From NCBI GenBank assembly GCA_039914625.1, contig JBDSOU010000158.1, positions 1-50,626 of the forward strand: a stretch of 50,626 bases of DNA, read 5' to 3'. Both the position numbers and the translations under genes were made by a program. This document shows, piece by piece, positions 7,062-17,186 of this stretch. Position 1 is the first letter of the stretch. Each line of letters opens with the position of its first letter. Below the pieces are notes generated by a model, which was given only the letters and a program-made list of their open reading frames with translations, was not told the DNA's origin and searched no databases. This DNA is from Bacteroidia bacterium (GTDB lineage Bacteria; Bacteroidota; Bacteroidia; AKYH767-A; OLB10).

Positions 7062-8915
7062 TTATTTACAATACTGATTATATAGCTGTATGGCCTCTTC
7101 GTTACGCAAATTTGCCCCGTTCAAAAAATCACTGCATGCATCAGCTTTCCGGTTCAGTTGCAAATACAATAAGCCCCTGTTTTTAAATGCAATTGAAAAA
7201 TCAGGTTTATGTTTAAGTGCAAGTGTTAGATGTTGTTCACAGCTTATATAATCTTTTTTGCTGAAATCAACATTGGCAAGTGTATTATAGCAATCAATAT
7301 TTTCCGAATCCAGCTCGAGGCATTTTTTGCAATCTGCTATTGTTCCTTCCATATCATTCAACATAAATTTGATCTGTGAACGGCTGGAATAAATTAAACT
7401 TTGACCGGAATCTATTTTTGCAGCCATGTTAAAATCAGCAAGTGCCGATATGTTGTCTTTAATTCTTAAATAAGCCAAGCCGCGGTTGTAATAGGTGCGC
7501 CCTTCATCCGGTTTCAGTTTAACGGCTTCAGTGTAATCACTGATGGCTTCATTATGCATGTTTAATTTTTCATAAGCAAGCCCTCTGTTTCCATATGCCC
7601 TGGCAATGTAATCAACGGCAGGGTTTTTAGCAATAATGTCGCTCAAAAGAGAAATATCGTTTTGCCAGGCAAGATTTCTTTTGACAACAGAAAAAGTAAA
7701 AAATGCAATATAAAAGATAAACAATGAAATTAAATACGGATAATATTTATTGAAAAAATATTTTTTTTTCTCTTTCACGTCAATGATAAAAAACAAAGGC
7801 AGCAAATACAAACCTATGTAGGGAAAATATGCATAACGGTCTGCAACAATAAACAACCTCGAAGGAATAAGTTGAATGTTGATGGCAATAGTTATTAAGA
7901 ACAAGCCGGCACAAAGGATGACCTGCTTATTCCTTCGCGCTTTGTAAACAAGAAACAATAGCAAAAGAAATAATATAGCTGCAGCATAATATTCCCACGG
8001 AAGCAATGAGCCATTTTTAGGCGGGTAAACATAAATGGAACAAAGATTAACTGGTAAAATAAATTTGAATAGATAAAAAACAAAAGAATAACAGGCAATA
8101 AAAAAAATATCCACCGCAGAGTATGAAATCAACATACCTTCAGCAATATTTTTCATGGTTGAGGAATTCATCAACGTAATTATTCCGAACAAAATACTTA
8201 AGAGAAAAAAAGGAATTTTTTCCAGGATTACTTTTTTTGACAACAATTTCCTGCCAAGATAAAAGTCAAGTAAAAGCAGTAGTACGGGAAGTGTTACCGC
8301 CTGTGCTTTTGAAAAAAGTGAAAGAATAAAAAACAGTCCGGTGAGGATAATATTTTTTAGTTGCTGTTCTTTCAAAAATTTCAAATAATAAATTAAGGCA
8401 AGCAAATAAAAAAAAGTGTACATGCTGCTGCTTCTTGCTGAAATCCATGAAACAGCTTCCACATTCATCGGGTGAATACCAAAAAGCAAAGCAACGATAA
8501 GCGCAATTGTAATGTTACCGGTAAGTAATTTTATAAATTTATAAATAAGAAAAATATTTGCGAGATGAAAAATCAAATTAACTAAGTGCAATGGGAATGT
8601 ATTTAATTCCGAAAAATGGTAATTGATCGCAAAAGACATCACCGGCAACGGCTGATACATTATGACATAATAATTGGTAAAAAATCCTTTAATGCTTTTC
8701 CAGGCAAGATGGGTTACTTCGGGATAATTTGAAAAATATTCATTGTCATCAAATGTGAGAATATTTCCATGGAGTGCATTTGAATAAATAAATGCAACTA
8801 AAATAATAATTCCCGCAAGAAAGTAGTTGGGATGTAAAATTGCTTTTTGTTTAGCAGCAGCTTCTGCTTTTGCAGTTGTTTGCTTTGGTAAGGAAGGTGG
8901 AGCTTTTTTTCTCAT
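7062..8915 (-). CDS. GT-C type (PMT/TMTC-like) multi-pass membrane glycosyltransferase with C-terminal TPR repeats
   Basis: About 11 predicted TM helices. The first loop carries an acidic TFDDNEYF motif, as in PMT/TMTC enzymes. The C-terminal ~200 aa hold several TPR units (AYGNRGLAYEKLNMHNEAISDYTEAVKLKPD, YYNRGLAYLRIKD..., FKNRGLLYLQLNRKADA). Confidence 0.65.
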   Translation of the reverse strand: MRKKAPPSLPKQTTAKAEAAAKQKAILHPNYFLAGIIILVAFIYSNALHGNILTFDDNEYFSNYPEVTHLAWKSIKGFFTNYYVIMYQPLPVMSFAINYHFSELNTFPLHLVNLIFHLANIFLIYKFIKLLTGNITIALIVALLFGIHPMNVEAVSWISARSSSMYTFFYLLALIYYLKFLKEQQLKNIILTGLFFILSLFSKAQAVTLPVLLLLLDFYLGRKLLSKKVILEKIPFFLLSILFGIITLMNSSTMKNIAEGMLISYSAVDIFFIACYSFVFYLFKFILPVNLCSIYVYPPKNGSLLPWEYYAAAILFLLLLFLVYKARRNKQVILCAGLFLITIAINIQLIPSRLFIVADRYAYFPYIGLYLLPLFFIIDVKEKKKYFFNKYYPYLISLFIFYIAFFTFSVVKRNLAWQNDISLLSDIIAKNPAVDYIARAYGNRGLAYEKLNMHNEAISDYTEAVKLKPDEGRTYYNRGLAYLRIKDNISALADFNMAAKIDSGQSLIYSSRSQIKFMLNDMEGTIADCKKCLELDSENIDCYNTLANVDFSKKDYISCEQHLTLALKHKPDFSIAFKNRGLLYLQLNRKADACSDFLNGANLRNEEAIQLYNQYCK

Positions 8916-8992
8916 TTAATAAGAATCACCAGAAAAATTTAAATGTCGAAATGTTTTACAATACCCATTATACCATCATTCCATCATTCTTT

Positions 8993-10105
8993 TCAATTTG
9001 CTATTGTCAGTTTTTGCAAAAAATCTTTTCCGTTAATCGCAGCATGGATCATATAAATTCCATTTGTTAATCCTAATGAATGACTGTTGAAAATTTTAAA
9101 AATTTTTCCACTGTTCATTGTATCGTCCATTAATTCTTTCACCAGCTCACTTGCACTATTATAAATTTCCACCTGAACAGTTGATTTGTTTTTCAATGTC
9201 ATATTTAAAACAAAATTTTCTTTTGCAGGATTTGGATAAACACTGAATGACTCTGATTGCAAAACATTTTCAGTAACACTGACAGGCAACGATCTGATAC
9301 TATCCGGGTAAACGATACTCGTAACGGTTTCTGTTCCGAATAGAGTAGTGGTATTGATTTGTAAAAGCGGAATACTTTTATTTTTTCCAATCCATTTATA
9401 TTCTGTTGTAAGCGGGCGGTCAATTCCGAAACCAATTCCTGTTACCAGGTAATTTATTGAATCATGAGCTGCAATTGTGGATGTGACTCGCAAAGCATCA
9501 AACGTACCGTAAGGAGTAATGAGGGTTCCCCATCCGTCAGCAAGATTTACGCGATGAAGACTGTAACCATAATAAAGAGTACTTGGAATAGTTAACGAAA
9601 AATCAGCGTTGCACGAATCATTGTCATTATAATTAAGAGGTAAATTATAAATAATGTCCATGCTGTTCATGGTGAGTGGTGTATCAAATCCGTTGATATT
9701 CGCACCGTATCCGACCATCCTGAACTGTGCAGAACTCCTGTAATAAAAGTTAAACACATCTCCAACCTGGATTCCTGCAACAGGCGGGAATGCAAATTGT
9801 CCGCGTGTGGCAACATTTGCCCTATTGGGGTTAAATGATACATCTGCAAAAGCAAGCTGATAGGTCGTTGCTGTTTGAGCAACACTTAAAAAAGTATCAA
9901 TGTTCTGTGCAATCCATTGCAACTGCGAAAAATCCCAGGTAAAATTTGCTCCTGTCGGAAGCGGATCAATTGCCGCAGTCACTAATCCATAACTTACACG
10001 GATAGTATCACCGGCTGCAGGCATATCGTTCTGATCAATTATAATTTGGGCGCTTGATGCACATGAAAAAGTAATTGCAATGATAAAGAAGTAAAGTTTT
10101 TTCAT
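8993..10105 (-). CDS. T9SS C-terminal-domain secreted protein, function unknown
   Basis: Signal peptide MKKLYFFIIAITFSCASSAQ. The C-terminus FSVYPNPAKENFVLNM...LGLTNGIYMIHAAINGKDFLQKLTI fits the type-A sorting domain. Confidence 0.75.
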   Translation of the reverse strand: MKKLYFFIIAITFSCASSAQIIIDQNDMPAAGDTIRVSYGLVTAAIDPLPTGANFTWDFSQLQWIAQNIDTFLSVAQTATTYQLAFADVSFNPNRANVATRGQFAFPPVAGIQVGDVFNFYYRSSAQFRMVGYGANINGFDTPLTMNSMDIIYNLPLNYNDNDSCNADFSLTIPSTLYYGYSLHRVNLADGWGTLITPYGTFDALRVTSTIAAHDSINYLVTGIGFGIDRPLTTEYKWIGKNKSIPLLQINTTTLFGTETVTSIVYPDSIRSLPVSVTENVLQSESFSVYPNPAKENFVLNMTLKNKSTVQVEIYNSASELVKELMDDTMNSGKIFKIFNSHSLGLTNGIYMIHAAINGKDFLQKLTIAN

Positions 10106-10315
10106 CTGTTTTTCTATTTATTACAAACTTACGGAAGAATTTCCATTCGTAAAAATTGTTCATTTGTTAAGCTTATAATCAGGCAAAAAATATTTATTCG
10201 ATTCCTGACGCGCTTTTTAAAAAAAATCATGTAGGTTTGGTTTTTTTAAATTCCATTCAAATAACAACGTAACAAACTTACTATTCCGATTTATTCAAAT
10301 GTTCCGAATAACAAT

Positions 10316-12928
10316 ATGAGCACATCCCGCCAACTTGCCGCTATACTGTTTGCCGATATACAGGGCTATACTGCACTGATGCAGGATGATGAAGCCAAAG
10401 CAAACTCTTTTCGGGAAAAACTTAAAAGGAATTTAGACGAGGAGACTCTTCTTCATAACGGACGCATTCTAAAGTTAAGCGGAGATGGGGCGTTATGTAG
10501 TTTCAATAGTGCTATTGAAGCTGTGCGTGCCGCTATTGGAATTCAGGAGGCAATGTTCATGGAGCCAAAGGTCCCGTTGCGTATTGGCATACACTTGGGT
10601 GACGTGATGTTTGAAGATGGAGATGTTTATGGTGACGGTGTGAATGTCGCTTCAAGAATTGAATCATTTGCCGTGCCCGAAGCAGTTTTTATTTCAGGAA
10701 AAGTGTTTGATGAAATAAAAAATCAGAAGGACATTGAAGCAGTTTCGCTCGGAAGATATTTACTCAAAAATGTAAAAGAGCCGGTGGAAATATATGCCAT
10801 CAGTAACTCCGGTTTACAGGTTCCGGATAAAATTAAACTCGCAGGGAAGGGTGTAAAATATTCAGAGCACAGATCAGTAAAAAATTTAAAATCAACAATC
10901 CTAAAAATCGGGATACCCATCATAGCGGCCTGCATTCTTGGATTTTTATTTATTCCTTCATGGTTTAAAAAACAAAACGCACGAAATGTTTTATTGCCTG
11001 CCATTCAAAGATTAGTGGATGAAAATTTTCGTCCGCCAACTGAAGCATTGGATATGGCAGTGGAAGCGGAAAAATATATTCCTGCTGATTCTGCATTAAT
11101 CAAATTGTGGCCATTAATTTCTACTGATGTTTCCTTTGAAACAAACCCGGCAGCAGCTGAAGTGTTTTGGAAAGATTATGACAAACCGGAAGCTGCATGG
11201 CGTACTGCTGGTACCACACCATTAAAGGGCTGGCGCTTTCCACGCGGCTATGTTCGAATGGAAATAAGAAAGAACGGTTTCCAAACCATTGAATATGCCG
11301 GACCGTGGGCTTACGGAAAATTGGGAAATGAATTATCACAACTGAAATTAGATTCTGCAGGAAGCCTTCCGGAAAACATGGTGCGTATTCCAATGAGTAA
11401 GCCCGACATGTATATAGTCGGACTGGAACAGTATGGCGGAAAAAATGTAGGCGAATTTTTAATTGATAAGTATGAGGTTACCAATAAAGATTTCAAAATA
11501 TTTATGGATGCTGGAGGATATACTCATAAATTATATTGGAACCATCCTGTTAGTGCCAATGGAAAAGAAATTCCTCTTGATTCAGCTTTGGTATTATTTA
11601 CTGACAAAACAGGAAGACAGGGACCAGCCAATTGGGAAGCCGGCACTTATCCGGATGGACAGGAAAATTTTCCGGTAACAGGAGTTTCATGGTACGAAGC
11701 TTCGGCTTATGGAGCTTACGTCAAAAAACAACTTCCCACCGTTTTTCACTGGGGCGCTGTAGCTGCCACTTCGCGTACACAGTTCATTGTTCCGTTAAGT
11801 AATTTTAATGGTAAATCTGCTGTTGATGTTGGAAGCAATCCCGGCTATTGTTCATTTGGTGTTTATGACCTGGCGGGCAATGCACGTGAATGGTGCTTCA
11901 ATGAAAGTACGAATCGGGGTCAACATTTTATATTAGGTGGGGGATGGAATGATCCGAAGTATGCGTTTAATGACAGCTATACACAATCGGCATCAGACAG
12001 AAGCATAACAAACGGTTTCCGTTGCATCAAAGAGCTTCCCGGAGATACCACTTTGGCTGGTCTGACTGGAGAAGTATCACTTGCTTTCCGTGACTACCGG
12101 AAAGAGAAACCCGTGGACGATAAGACTTTTGCTTTTATACTTAACCAGTATGCTTACGACAAAAAACCTTTGGATGCCAAAACAGAAAAAACTATTGAGG
12201 GCGAAAGCTGGATAGCAGAAAAAATTTCATTTGATGCAGGTTACAATAATGAACGATTGGATATATACCTGTATTTGCCAAAAAAATTTAAGGCACCTTT
12301 TCAACCGGTTTTGTTTTTTCCCGGCTCAGGCGATATTTTTTCAAAACAATACGATCCGCAATCCATCAATGGACGAATTGATTTCATATTAAAAAGCGGA
12401 AGGGCTATAATACGTCCTATATATAAAGGAACTCATGAAAGGCATGATGATTTGAAATCAGATTTACAGGACACAACAGTTTTTTATAAAGATCATATTA
12501 TTATGTGGCGCAAAGAAATCGGCAGAACAATAGATTTCCTTGAAACACGAGCCGATATGCAGGCGGATAAAGTTGGATTTCTTGGTTGGAGCTGGGGAGG
12601 GTTTCTTGGAGGTATTATTCCTGCTATTGAGAAAAGAATTAAAGTTGTTGTTCTCAATGTTGGTGGGATGGAAATGCACAAGGCTTTGCCCGAAGCGGAT
12701 CAAATAAATTTTCTGCCACGTGTTACACAACCGGTATTAATGCTGAATGGAAAGCATGATATGTATTTTCCTGTTGAAACCTCGCAAAAACCCATGTACG
12801 ATCTGTTAGGGTCACCAAAAGAAGATAAGAAAATTATCATTTACGAATCAGGACATTTGGTACCGCGAACTGATTTTGTAAAAGAAACACTGCTATGGTA
12901 CGATAAATATCTCGGGAGGGTGAAATAA
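10316..12928 (+). CDS. multidomain membrane protein: class III adenylate/guanylate cyclase - TM - PEGA-like - FGE-sulfatase (SUMF1)-like - alpha/beta hydrolase
   Basis: Cyclase motifs in aa 5-170: ILFADIQGYT, LKLSGDGAL, RIGIHLGDV, GDGVNVASR. TM at aa 194-216. PEGA-like segment at aa 270-328 (FETNPAAAEVF...GTTPLKGWRFPRGYVRMEIRKNGF). SUMF1-like region at aa 355-572 (FLIDKYEVTNKDF, FPVTGVSWYEASAY, YDLAGNAREW, GFRC). Hydrolase region at aa 640-865 with a GWSWG elbow (Ser codon 12590-12592), plus KHD and SGH. Confidence 0.8.
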   Translation: MSTSRQLAAILFADIQGYTALMQDDEAKANSFREKLKRNLDEETLLHNGRILKLSGDGALCSFNSAIEAVRAAIGIQEAMFMEPKVPLRIGIHLGDVMFEDGDVYGDGVNVASRIESFAVPEAVFISGKVFDEIKNQKDIEAVSLGRYLLKNVKEPVEIYAISNSGLQVPDKIKLAGKGVKYSEHRSVKNLKSTILKIGIPIIAACILGFLFIPSWFKKQNARNVLLPAIQRLVDENFRPPTEALDMAVEAEKYIPADSALIKLWPLISTDVSFETNPAAAEVFWKDYDKPEAAWRTAGTTPLKGWRFPRGYVRMEIRKNGFQTIEYAGPWAYGKLGNELSQLKLDSAGSLPENMVRIPMSKPDMYIVGLEQYGGKNVGEFLIDKYEVTNKDFKIFMDAGGYTHKLYWNHPVSANGKEIPLDSALVLFTDKTGRQGPANWEAGTYPDGQENFPVTGVSWYEASAYGAYVKKQLPTVFHWGAVAATSRTQFIVPLSNFNGKSAVDVGSNPGYCSFGVYDLAGNAREWCFNESTNRGQHFILGGGWNDPKYAFNDSYTQSASDRSITNGFRCIKELPGDTTLAGLTGEVSLAFRDYRKEKPVDDKTFAFILNQYAYDKKPLDAKTEKTIEGESWIAEKISFDAGYNNERLDIYLYLPKKFKAPFQPVLFFPGSGDIFSKQYDPQSINGRIDFILKSGRAIIRPIYKGTHERHDDLKSDLQDTTVFYKDHIIMWRKEIGRTIDFLETRADMQADKVGFLGWSWGGFLGGIIPAIEKRIKVVVLNVGGMEMHKALPEADQINFLPRVTQPVLMLNGKHDMYFPVETSQKPMYDLLGSPKEDKKIIIYESGHLVPRTDFVKETLLWYDKYLGRVK

Positions 12929-12951
12929 TTTCCGGGATGCTGACACATATT

Positions 12952-14085
12952 TTATTCCTTCACAAATTTTTTCACCACCTTGTCTTTTCCATCATTTACC
13001 GTTACAAAATAAATTCCTTTTGAAAATAATTTTACATCTATATCTTTTTTAGAATTAAAATCCGGGTTGCGGATTTGTTCACTATATAATAATTTTCCAA
13101 CAGCATCGTGTATAGTAATCCCCGCGGTTAAATTTTTTCCTGTTGTGACAAAACAGCTTATATGATCTGTAACTATAGTTGGCTGAATGGTAAACCACAG
13201 GGAGTTTCCCGGAGGAGACAGGGGAGCATCAATAGACAATGGTGTTCCCGCATTGCAACTTGCCAGATCTAATGAGCCGTTGGTAAAGCTTATAGGTGTA
13301 CCGGCTATTGCTGAATTACCCACAAACGATATAGGCAGCATCGTGTTTGGGGTATTAGGATTACCACCGCCTAACCCAACATACAAAATTCCGTTAAGTA
13401 AAAAACATCCGTAGCCGTTAAGGGTATTCATGCTGAAAGGATATTGTTTGATCACCTGTCCTGTTGGGGAAATTACCATTATTGAGTCGGTATTGGGTGT
13501 TGCCAAACCCATCAGGCACCAGGCATTTCCGGCATCGTCAACTGCTAAGTCTGCAATGGTAAATTTAAGCTGAGGTGCTGAATATACCTGTGTAAAAGAA
13601 GTGCCGTCATACTTGTCAAGGCAGGAGGCGCCATAAGAATTATAGTAAAGGTAATTACCGGCTCCTGCTGAATTAGACAATGAACAGTTAGACGTGGCAG
13701 GATCTGCGAGCCATGCGGCACCATCATAGTAAGCCGCACTGGAAGCTGAATGTGAATAAAAGGTCGGACTAAATGCGCCACCACTGAGATTATTGCAAAA
13801 ACTAAGTGAGTTGCCGGGAGATGTTGCGCTTACTATAATGCCGTTGTTAGTGATAACACCTCCGTTAATTGCATATTCTGATACCTGCGATCCGCTGATA
13901 CCCCAAAAAGTATTTGGGGTACATGTAATTCCGATCAGAGATTCATTTTTAAAAACAGGAGCACCGGGTTCATTTAGAGGAGGAACTGGGGGCAGATCAT
14001 TTTCACTCAAACCGGCATCGCGGTTCACTTGTGCTTTTAACGTTAGGCTGAAACAGATTAAAATAAGAGTGTAAATATTTTTCAT
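12952..14085 (-). CDS. T9SS C-terminal-domain secreted protein, function unknown
   Basis: Signal peptide MKNIYTLILICFSLTLKAQ and a Ser/Gly/Asn-rich body. The C-terminus ...KLFSKGIYFVTVNDGKDKVVKKFVKE nearly matches the tail of the neighbouring gene. Confidence 0.75.
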   Translation of the reverse strand: MKNIYTLILICFSLTLKAQVNRDAGLSENDLPPVPPLNEPGAPVFKNESLIGITCTPNTFWGISGSQVSEYAINGGVITNNGIIVSATSPGNSLSFCNNLSGGAFSPTFYSHSASSAAYYDGAAWLADPATSNCSLSNSAGAGNYLYYNSYGASCLDKYDGTSFTQVYSAPQLKFTIADLAVDDAGNAWCLMGLATPNTDSIMVISPTGQVIKQYPFSMNTLNGYGCFLLNGILYVGLGGGNPNTPNTMLPISFVGNSAIAGTPISFTNGSLDLASCNAGTPLSIDAPLSPPGNSLWFTIQPTIVTDHISCFVTTGKNLTAGITIHDAVGKLLYSEQIRNPDFNSKKDIDVKLFSKGIYFVTVNDGKDKVVKKFVKE

Positions 14086-14163
14086 AGTTTTTATATTTTT
14101 ACCAAATGTAGTACTTTATTTTTTCAAACTTCTTTACAGCTTTTTTGTAATTAGCCTGTGAGT

Positions 14164-16593
14164 TTACTCTTTCACAAACTTCTTCAGCACTTTTTCTTTT
14201 CCATTATCAATACTTACGAAATAAATTCCTTTTGAAAAATTGCTGATGTCTATTGTCAATTGTCTGCCTGCCCCGTATTTATCAGGGTTGTCAGTTGCCT
14301 GTTGTGAGAAAAGTTCTATACCGAGAACAGTATAAATTTTTATTGGTGCAGCAGCTTCAGCAGGAAGATTAAAAATGGTAATTTCATCTGTAGCAGGGTT
14401 GGGTACTATAATAATTTCAATACCGGAACCGGATGTTATCCGCTGCGGATCGCCAATAGGAGGAGGGCACACAATAATAACTGCATAAGAAGCAGAGAAA
14501 TCGGTGCACAAATTACTATCGGTTAGTTCAACTTTATAAAACCCGTTTGCTGTTGCATTGTAAAAAGAATTTGTGGCCCCGGCAATGGGAGCAGCATAGT
14601 GATACCATTGGTACGTATATCCGGTGGCGGTATTCACCATGAAGTGAACAGTATCACCAGCGCAAATGGCGCTGCTGGCTGGAGGTGTTATTATAGCAAC
14701 AGGATTGGGAACCGAAGTTACGGTTACGCTGACACTGTTGGTGCAGCCAAAAGCATTAGTAACATAAACGGTATAAATGCCAGCCGTATCAGCAACAACA
14801 CCCTGAGAACTTGCAACTATGCCACCGGGTAATGACCACAGATAGTTGGTAAAGCCCCATCCGGCATCCAGGAACGTGCTTCCACCGGGACAAATAACAA
14901 GAGAGCCGGTAATAAATGGAACAGGAAGAGGATTTACAGTAACAGTTATATTTCCACTTGCGGTGCAGCCGCTGGCATTGCAAACAGTAACCGTATAAAT
15001 GCTGGTAACGGCAGAAGATACATTAATTGTTTGTGTGGTGGCGCCTGTTGCCCATAAGTAACATGAATATCCAGAGCCGGCATTCAGTGTGGTGGAACCA
15101 CCCTGGCAAATTGAAGTAATTCCGGTAATGGTTGGCGGAGGTAGGGGGAGGTTTACATTAATAGTCACAGAAGCACATGCAGTAACTCCGCAGGTATCTT
15201 CGGCACGGACATAGTAAGTGGTGGTATCTGTAGGAGAAAAAGTCGGACTGTAGCCATTGGCGATTATTGTACCTCCACAGGAATCAGCATACCAACGAAA
15301 TAACCCAGTTGTACTTAAAACTCCGCCAATTTGTGTGAGAGTTACTGATTGATTTGAGCAAATGGTGTTGTTGGTTGCGTTGGGGTTAATGCTTGTGGGA
15401 GCAGAGGAACAAATAGGAGAGGGGCAATTAAAATTAAAACCCAAAGTCAGATATGCCCCATAAAGGTGATTTGTTTTAAACATAATTAAATATGTAGTAC
15501 CTGATGTTAACGGACCAAAACTTGCATCCCAAATTGCTGTATTAGTGCCATGTCCTGCACATATCCAGTTATGTTCATTAAAGCCAAGTAAACTATCTTT
15601 ATAATAAATGCCTATCTCAAGCTGTGACAATGAGCCTGGACCATGATGTAAAGAATAAATTCCTGTTGTATCAGGAGTGAATGTATATAATTTTTCAATA
15701 GCTTCATGAACTAAAGTTCCACAACTGTTCATGCTCCATGCTCCTTCAATAATCGGGTTAGCATTGTATAGAAATCCAAAAAATGTGTTACAATTTAAGG
15801 AAGATATATTGGCGGGATTGGGAATTCTTTTTCTGTTTACTGTTGAATTTGCGCTATAGGTTCCGCACTTATCTCTGAAATAAAAATCATAAACAGAATC
15901 TGGCGTAAGACCATAAAAAGTATAAGGTGAAACGGGATTATGAATAATGGTTCCGTTGATTCCCGACAAGGTATCATTTCCCGGAATAAAACCTTTCAGT
16001 CCGTGTTCAATTACCATATCATCAAAAGTTCCGTCCCACGAAACTGAAATAGAATCAGGAGTAATATCATAAAACTGTACATTAGAAACATGGGGTTTTG
16101 ACAACAAAAAGGTTAACGTCTGAGGTGGATCAGAAGTCGGATTTGCGCAGGCATAATCAATTAAAATATCATAAGTGAAACCGTTAGTAGCGGAAATATA
16201 AAATTTGTCATAATACAGTTGCTGCTGATTATTCCAAACCGAACTAAAAGGAATTAAACATGTATATCCTGTAGAATCACAATTAGTCAAAGTAGAAATT
16301 TTATATGAAACCGGAAACCAAACATTGCCCCAGGGAGAGATCATTTCTAAAATATAATTATTAGTACATTGTGCTGTGAACCTGATAATGTTTTCACCAC
16401 ACCAGGAAACATAACAACCGCCACTATGAAAATTGCTTATTGTGTCAAAATATAAATAAATAGTGGTGTCAGGATTTATAACATAAACAGAAGGGCAAGT
16501 AAAATTTACTGCTGTATTTTTTTCAACATTCTGCCCCTTCACATTTCCCCCAATCATCCCGCAAATCACAATCAACAAAATAATTTTTTTCAT
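14164..16593 (-). CDS. large T9SS-sorted surface protein with FN3-like and repeated Ig-like (Cys-containing) modules
   Basis: It has a signal peptide. Repeated units of the form ITG.xxICxGGST.L.AG.G...Y.W......T.Y.V.V.N..GC....V.V are present. The C-terminus is IVPNPATDEITIF...SKGIYFVSIDNGKEKVLKKFVKE. Confidence 0.8.
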   Translation of the reverse strand: MKKIILLIVICGMIGGNVKGQNVEKNTAVNFTCPSVYVINPDTTIYLYFDTISNFHSGGCYVSWCGENIIRFTAQCTNNYILEMISPWGNVWFPVSYKISTLTNCDSTGYTCLIPFSSVWNNQQQLYYDKFYISATNGFTYDILIDYACANPTSDPPQTLTFLLSKPHVSNVQFYDITPDSISVSWDGTFDDMVIEHGLKGFIPGNDTLSGINGTIIHNPVSPYTFYGLTPDSVYDFYFRDKCGTYSANSTVNRKRIPNPANISSLNCNTFFGFLYNANPIIEGAWSMNSCGTLVHEAIEKLYTFTPDTTGIYSLHHGPGSLSQLEIGIYYKDSLLGFNEHNWICAGHGTNTAIWDASFGPLTSGTTYLIMFKTNHLYGAYLTLGFNFNCPSPICSSAPTSINPNATNNTICSNQSVTLTQIGGVLSTTGLFRWYADSCGGTIIANGYSPTFSPTDTTTYYVRAEDTCGVTACASVTINVNLPLPPPTITGITSICQGGSTTLNAGSGYSCYLWATGATTQTINVSSAVTSIYTVTVCNASGCTASGNITVTVNPLPVPFITGSLVICPGGSTFLDAGWGFTNYLWSLPGGIVASSQGVVADTAGIYTVYVTNAFGCTNSVSVTVTSVPNPVAIITPPASSAICAGDTVHFMVNTATGYTYQWYHYAAPIAGATNSFYNATANGFYKVELTDSNLCTDFSASYAVIIVCPPPIGDPQRITSGSGIEIIIVPNPATDEITIFNLPAEAAAPIKIYTVLGIELFSQQATDNPDKYGAGRQLTIDISNFSKGIYFVSIDNGKEKVLKKFVKE

Positions 16594-16763
16594 CCCTTTA
16601 AATTTTCAAGTTAAGGTTTCATCCACCAAAGTTATTCTTTTCTGCATACCGTATTACGGCATTTTAAAGTAATTAAAAAAATCATACTTTCATCGTATTG
16701 CAGCATCCAGAAAATAGCAGGAAGTTTACGGCAATCTTTTTTTTTATCCTGGATATAATCCTT

Positions 16764-17030
16764 ATGCCCAGAACAAAAATCATTTCCGGTTTCAGCAAGC
16801 GCGAGATGCAGGTGCTGCTCTTATTAAGTTTTAATCTTACGAAAAAAGAAACAGCCAAATTATTATTTATCAGTTACCTCACGGTCAGAACCCATGTGAC
16901 CAATATGTATGCCCGGCATGAGGTGAGTTCAATTCAATCTTTGCTGATGATTGCTGTGCTGGGCAACCATATTAAAGGAATATTTTTTAACAACAATGGC
17001 GGGCTTACCTCTTCAATATGTCTCAACTGA
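16764..17030 (+). CDS. small stand-alone LuxR/GerE-type HTH transcriptional regulator
   Basis: FSKREMQVLLLLSFNLTKKETAKLLFISYLTVRTHVTNMY matches the GerE HTH signature (S.RE..VL.L...G....EIA..L.IS..TV..H..NI). I prefer the ATG at 16764; the listed ORF starts at a TTG at 16698. Confidence 0.7.
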   Translation: MPRTKIISGFSKREMQVLLLLSFNLTKKETAKLLFISYLTVRTHVTNMYARHEVSSIQSLLMIAVLGNHIKGIFFNNNGGLTSSICLN

Positions 17031-17046
17031 CTTATTAACCCGATAA

Positions 17047-17066
17047 AATACATCAATTGATGTATT
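17047..17066. promoter_or_regulatory. perfect 20-bp palindrome AATACATCAA|TTGATGTATT just downstream of the HTH gene
   Basis: The two 10-nt arms are exact reverse complements with no spacer. No T-tract follows, so an operator-type site is at least as likely as a terminator. Confidence 0.4.
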
Positions 17067-17186
17067 GTAAGGTCAGTTAATGATGCTTTCCTTTGTGCGG
17101 GTTATCAGAACAGATACGATAACAGCGTTCTTTAACAAGTTATTTCAATCAACCTGCCAATTAAGCTAAATAACTGACTATCAGCC

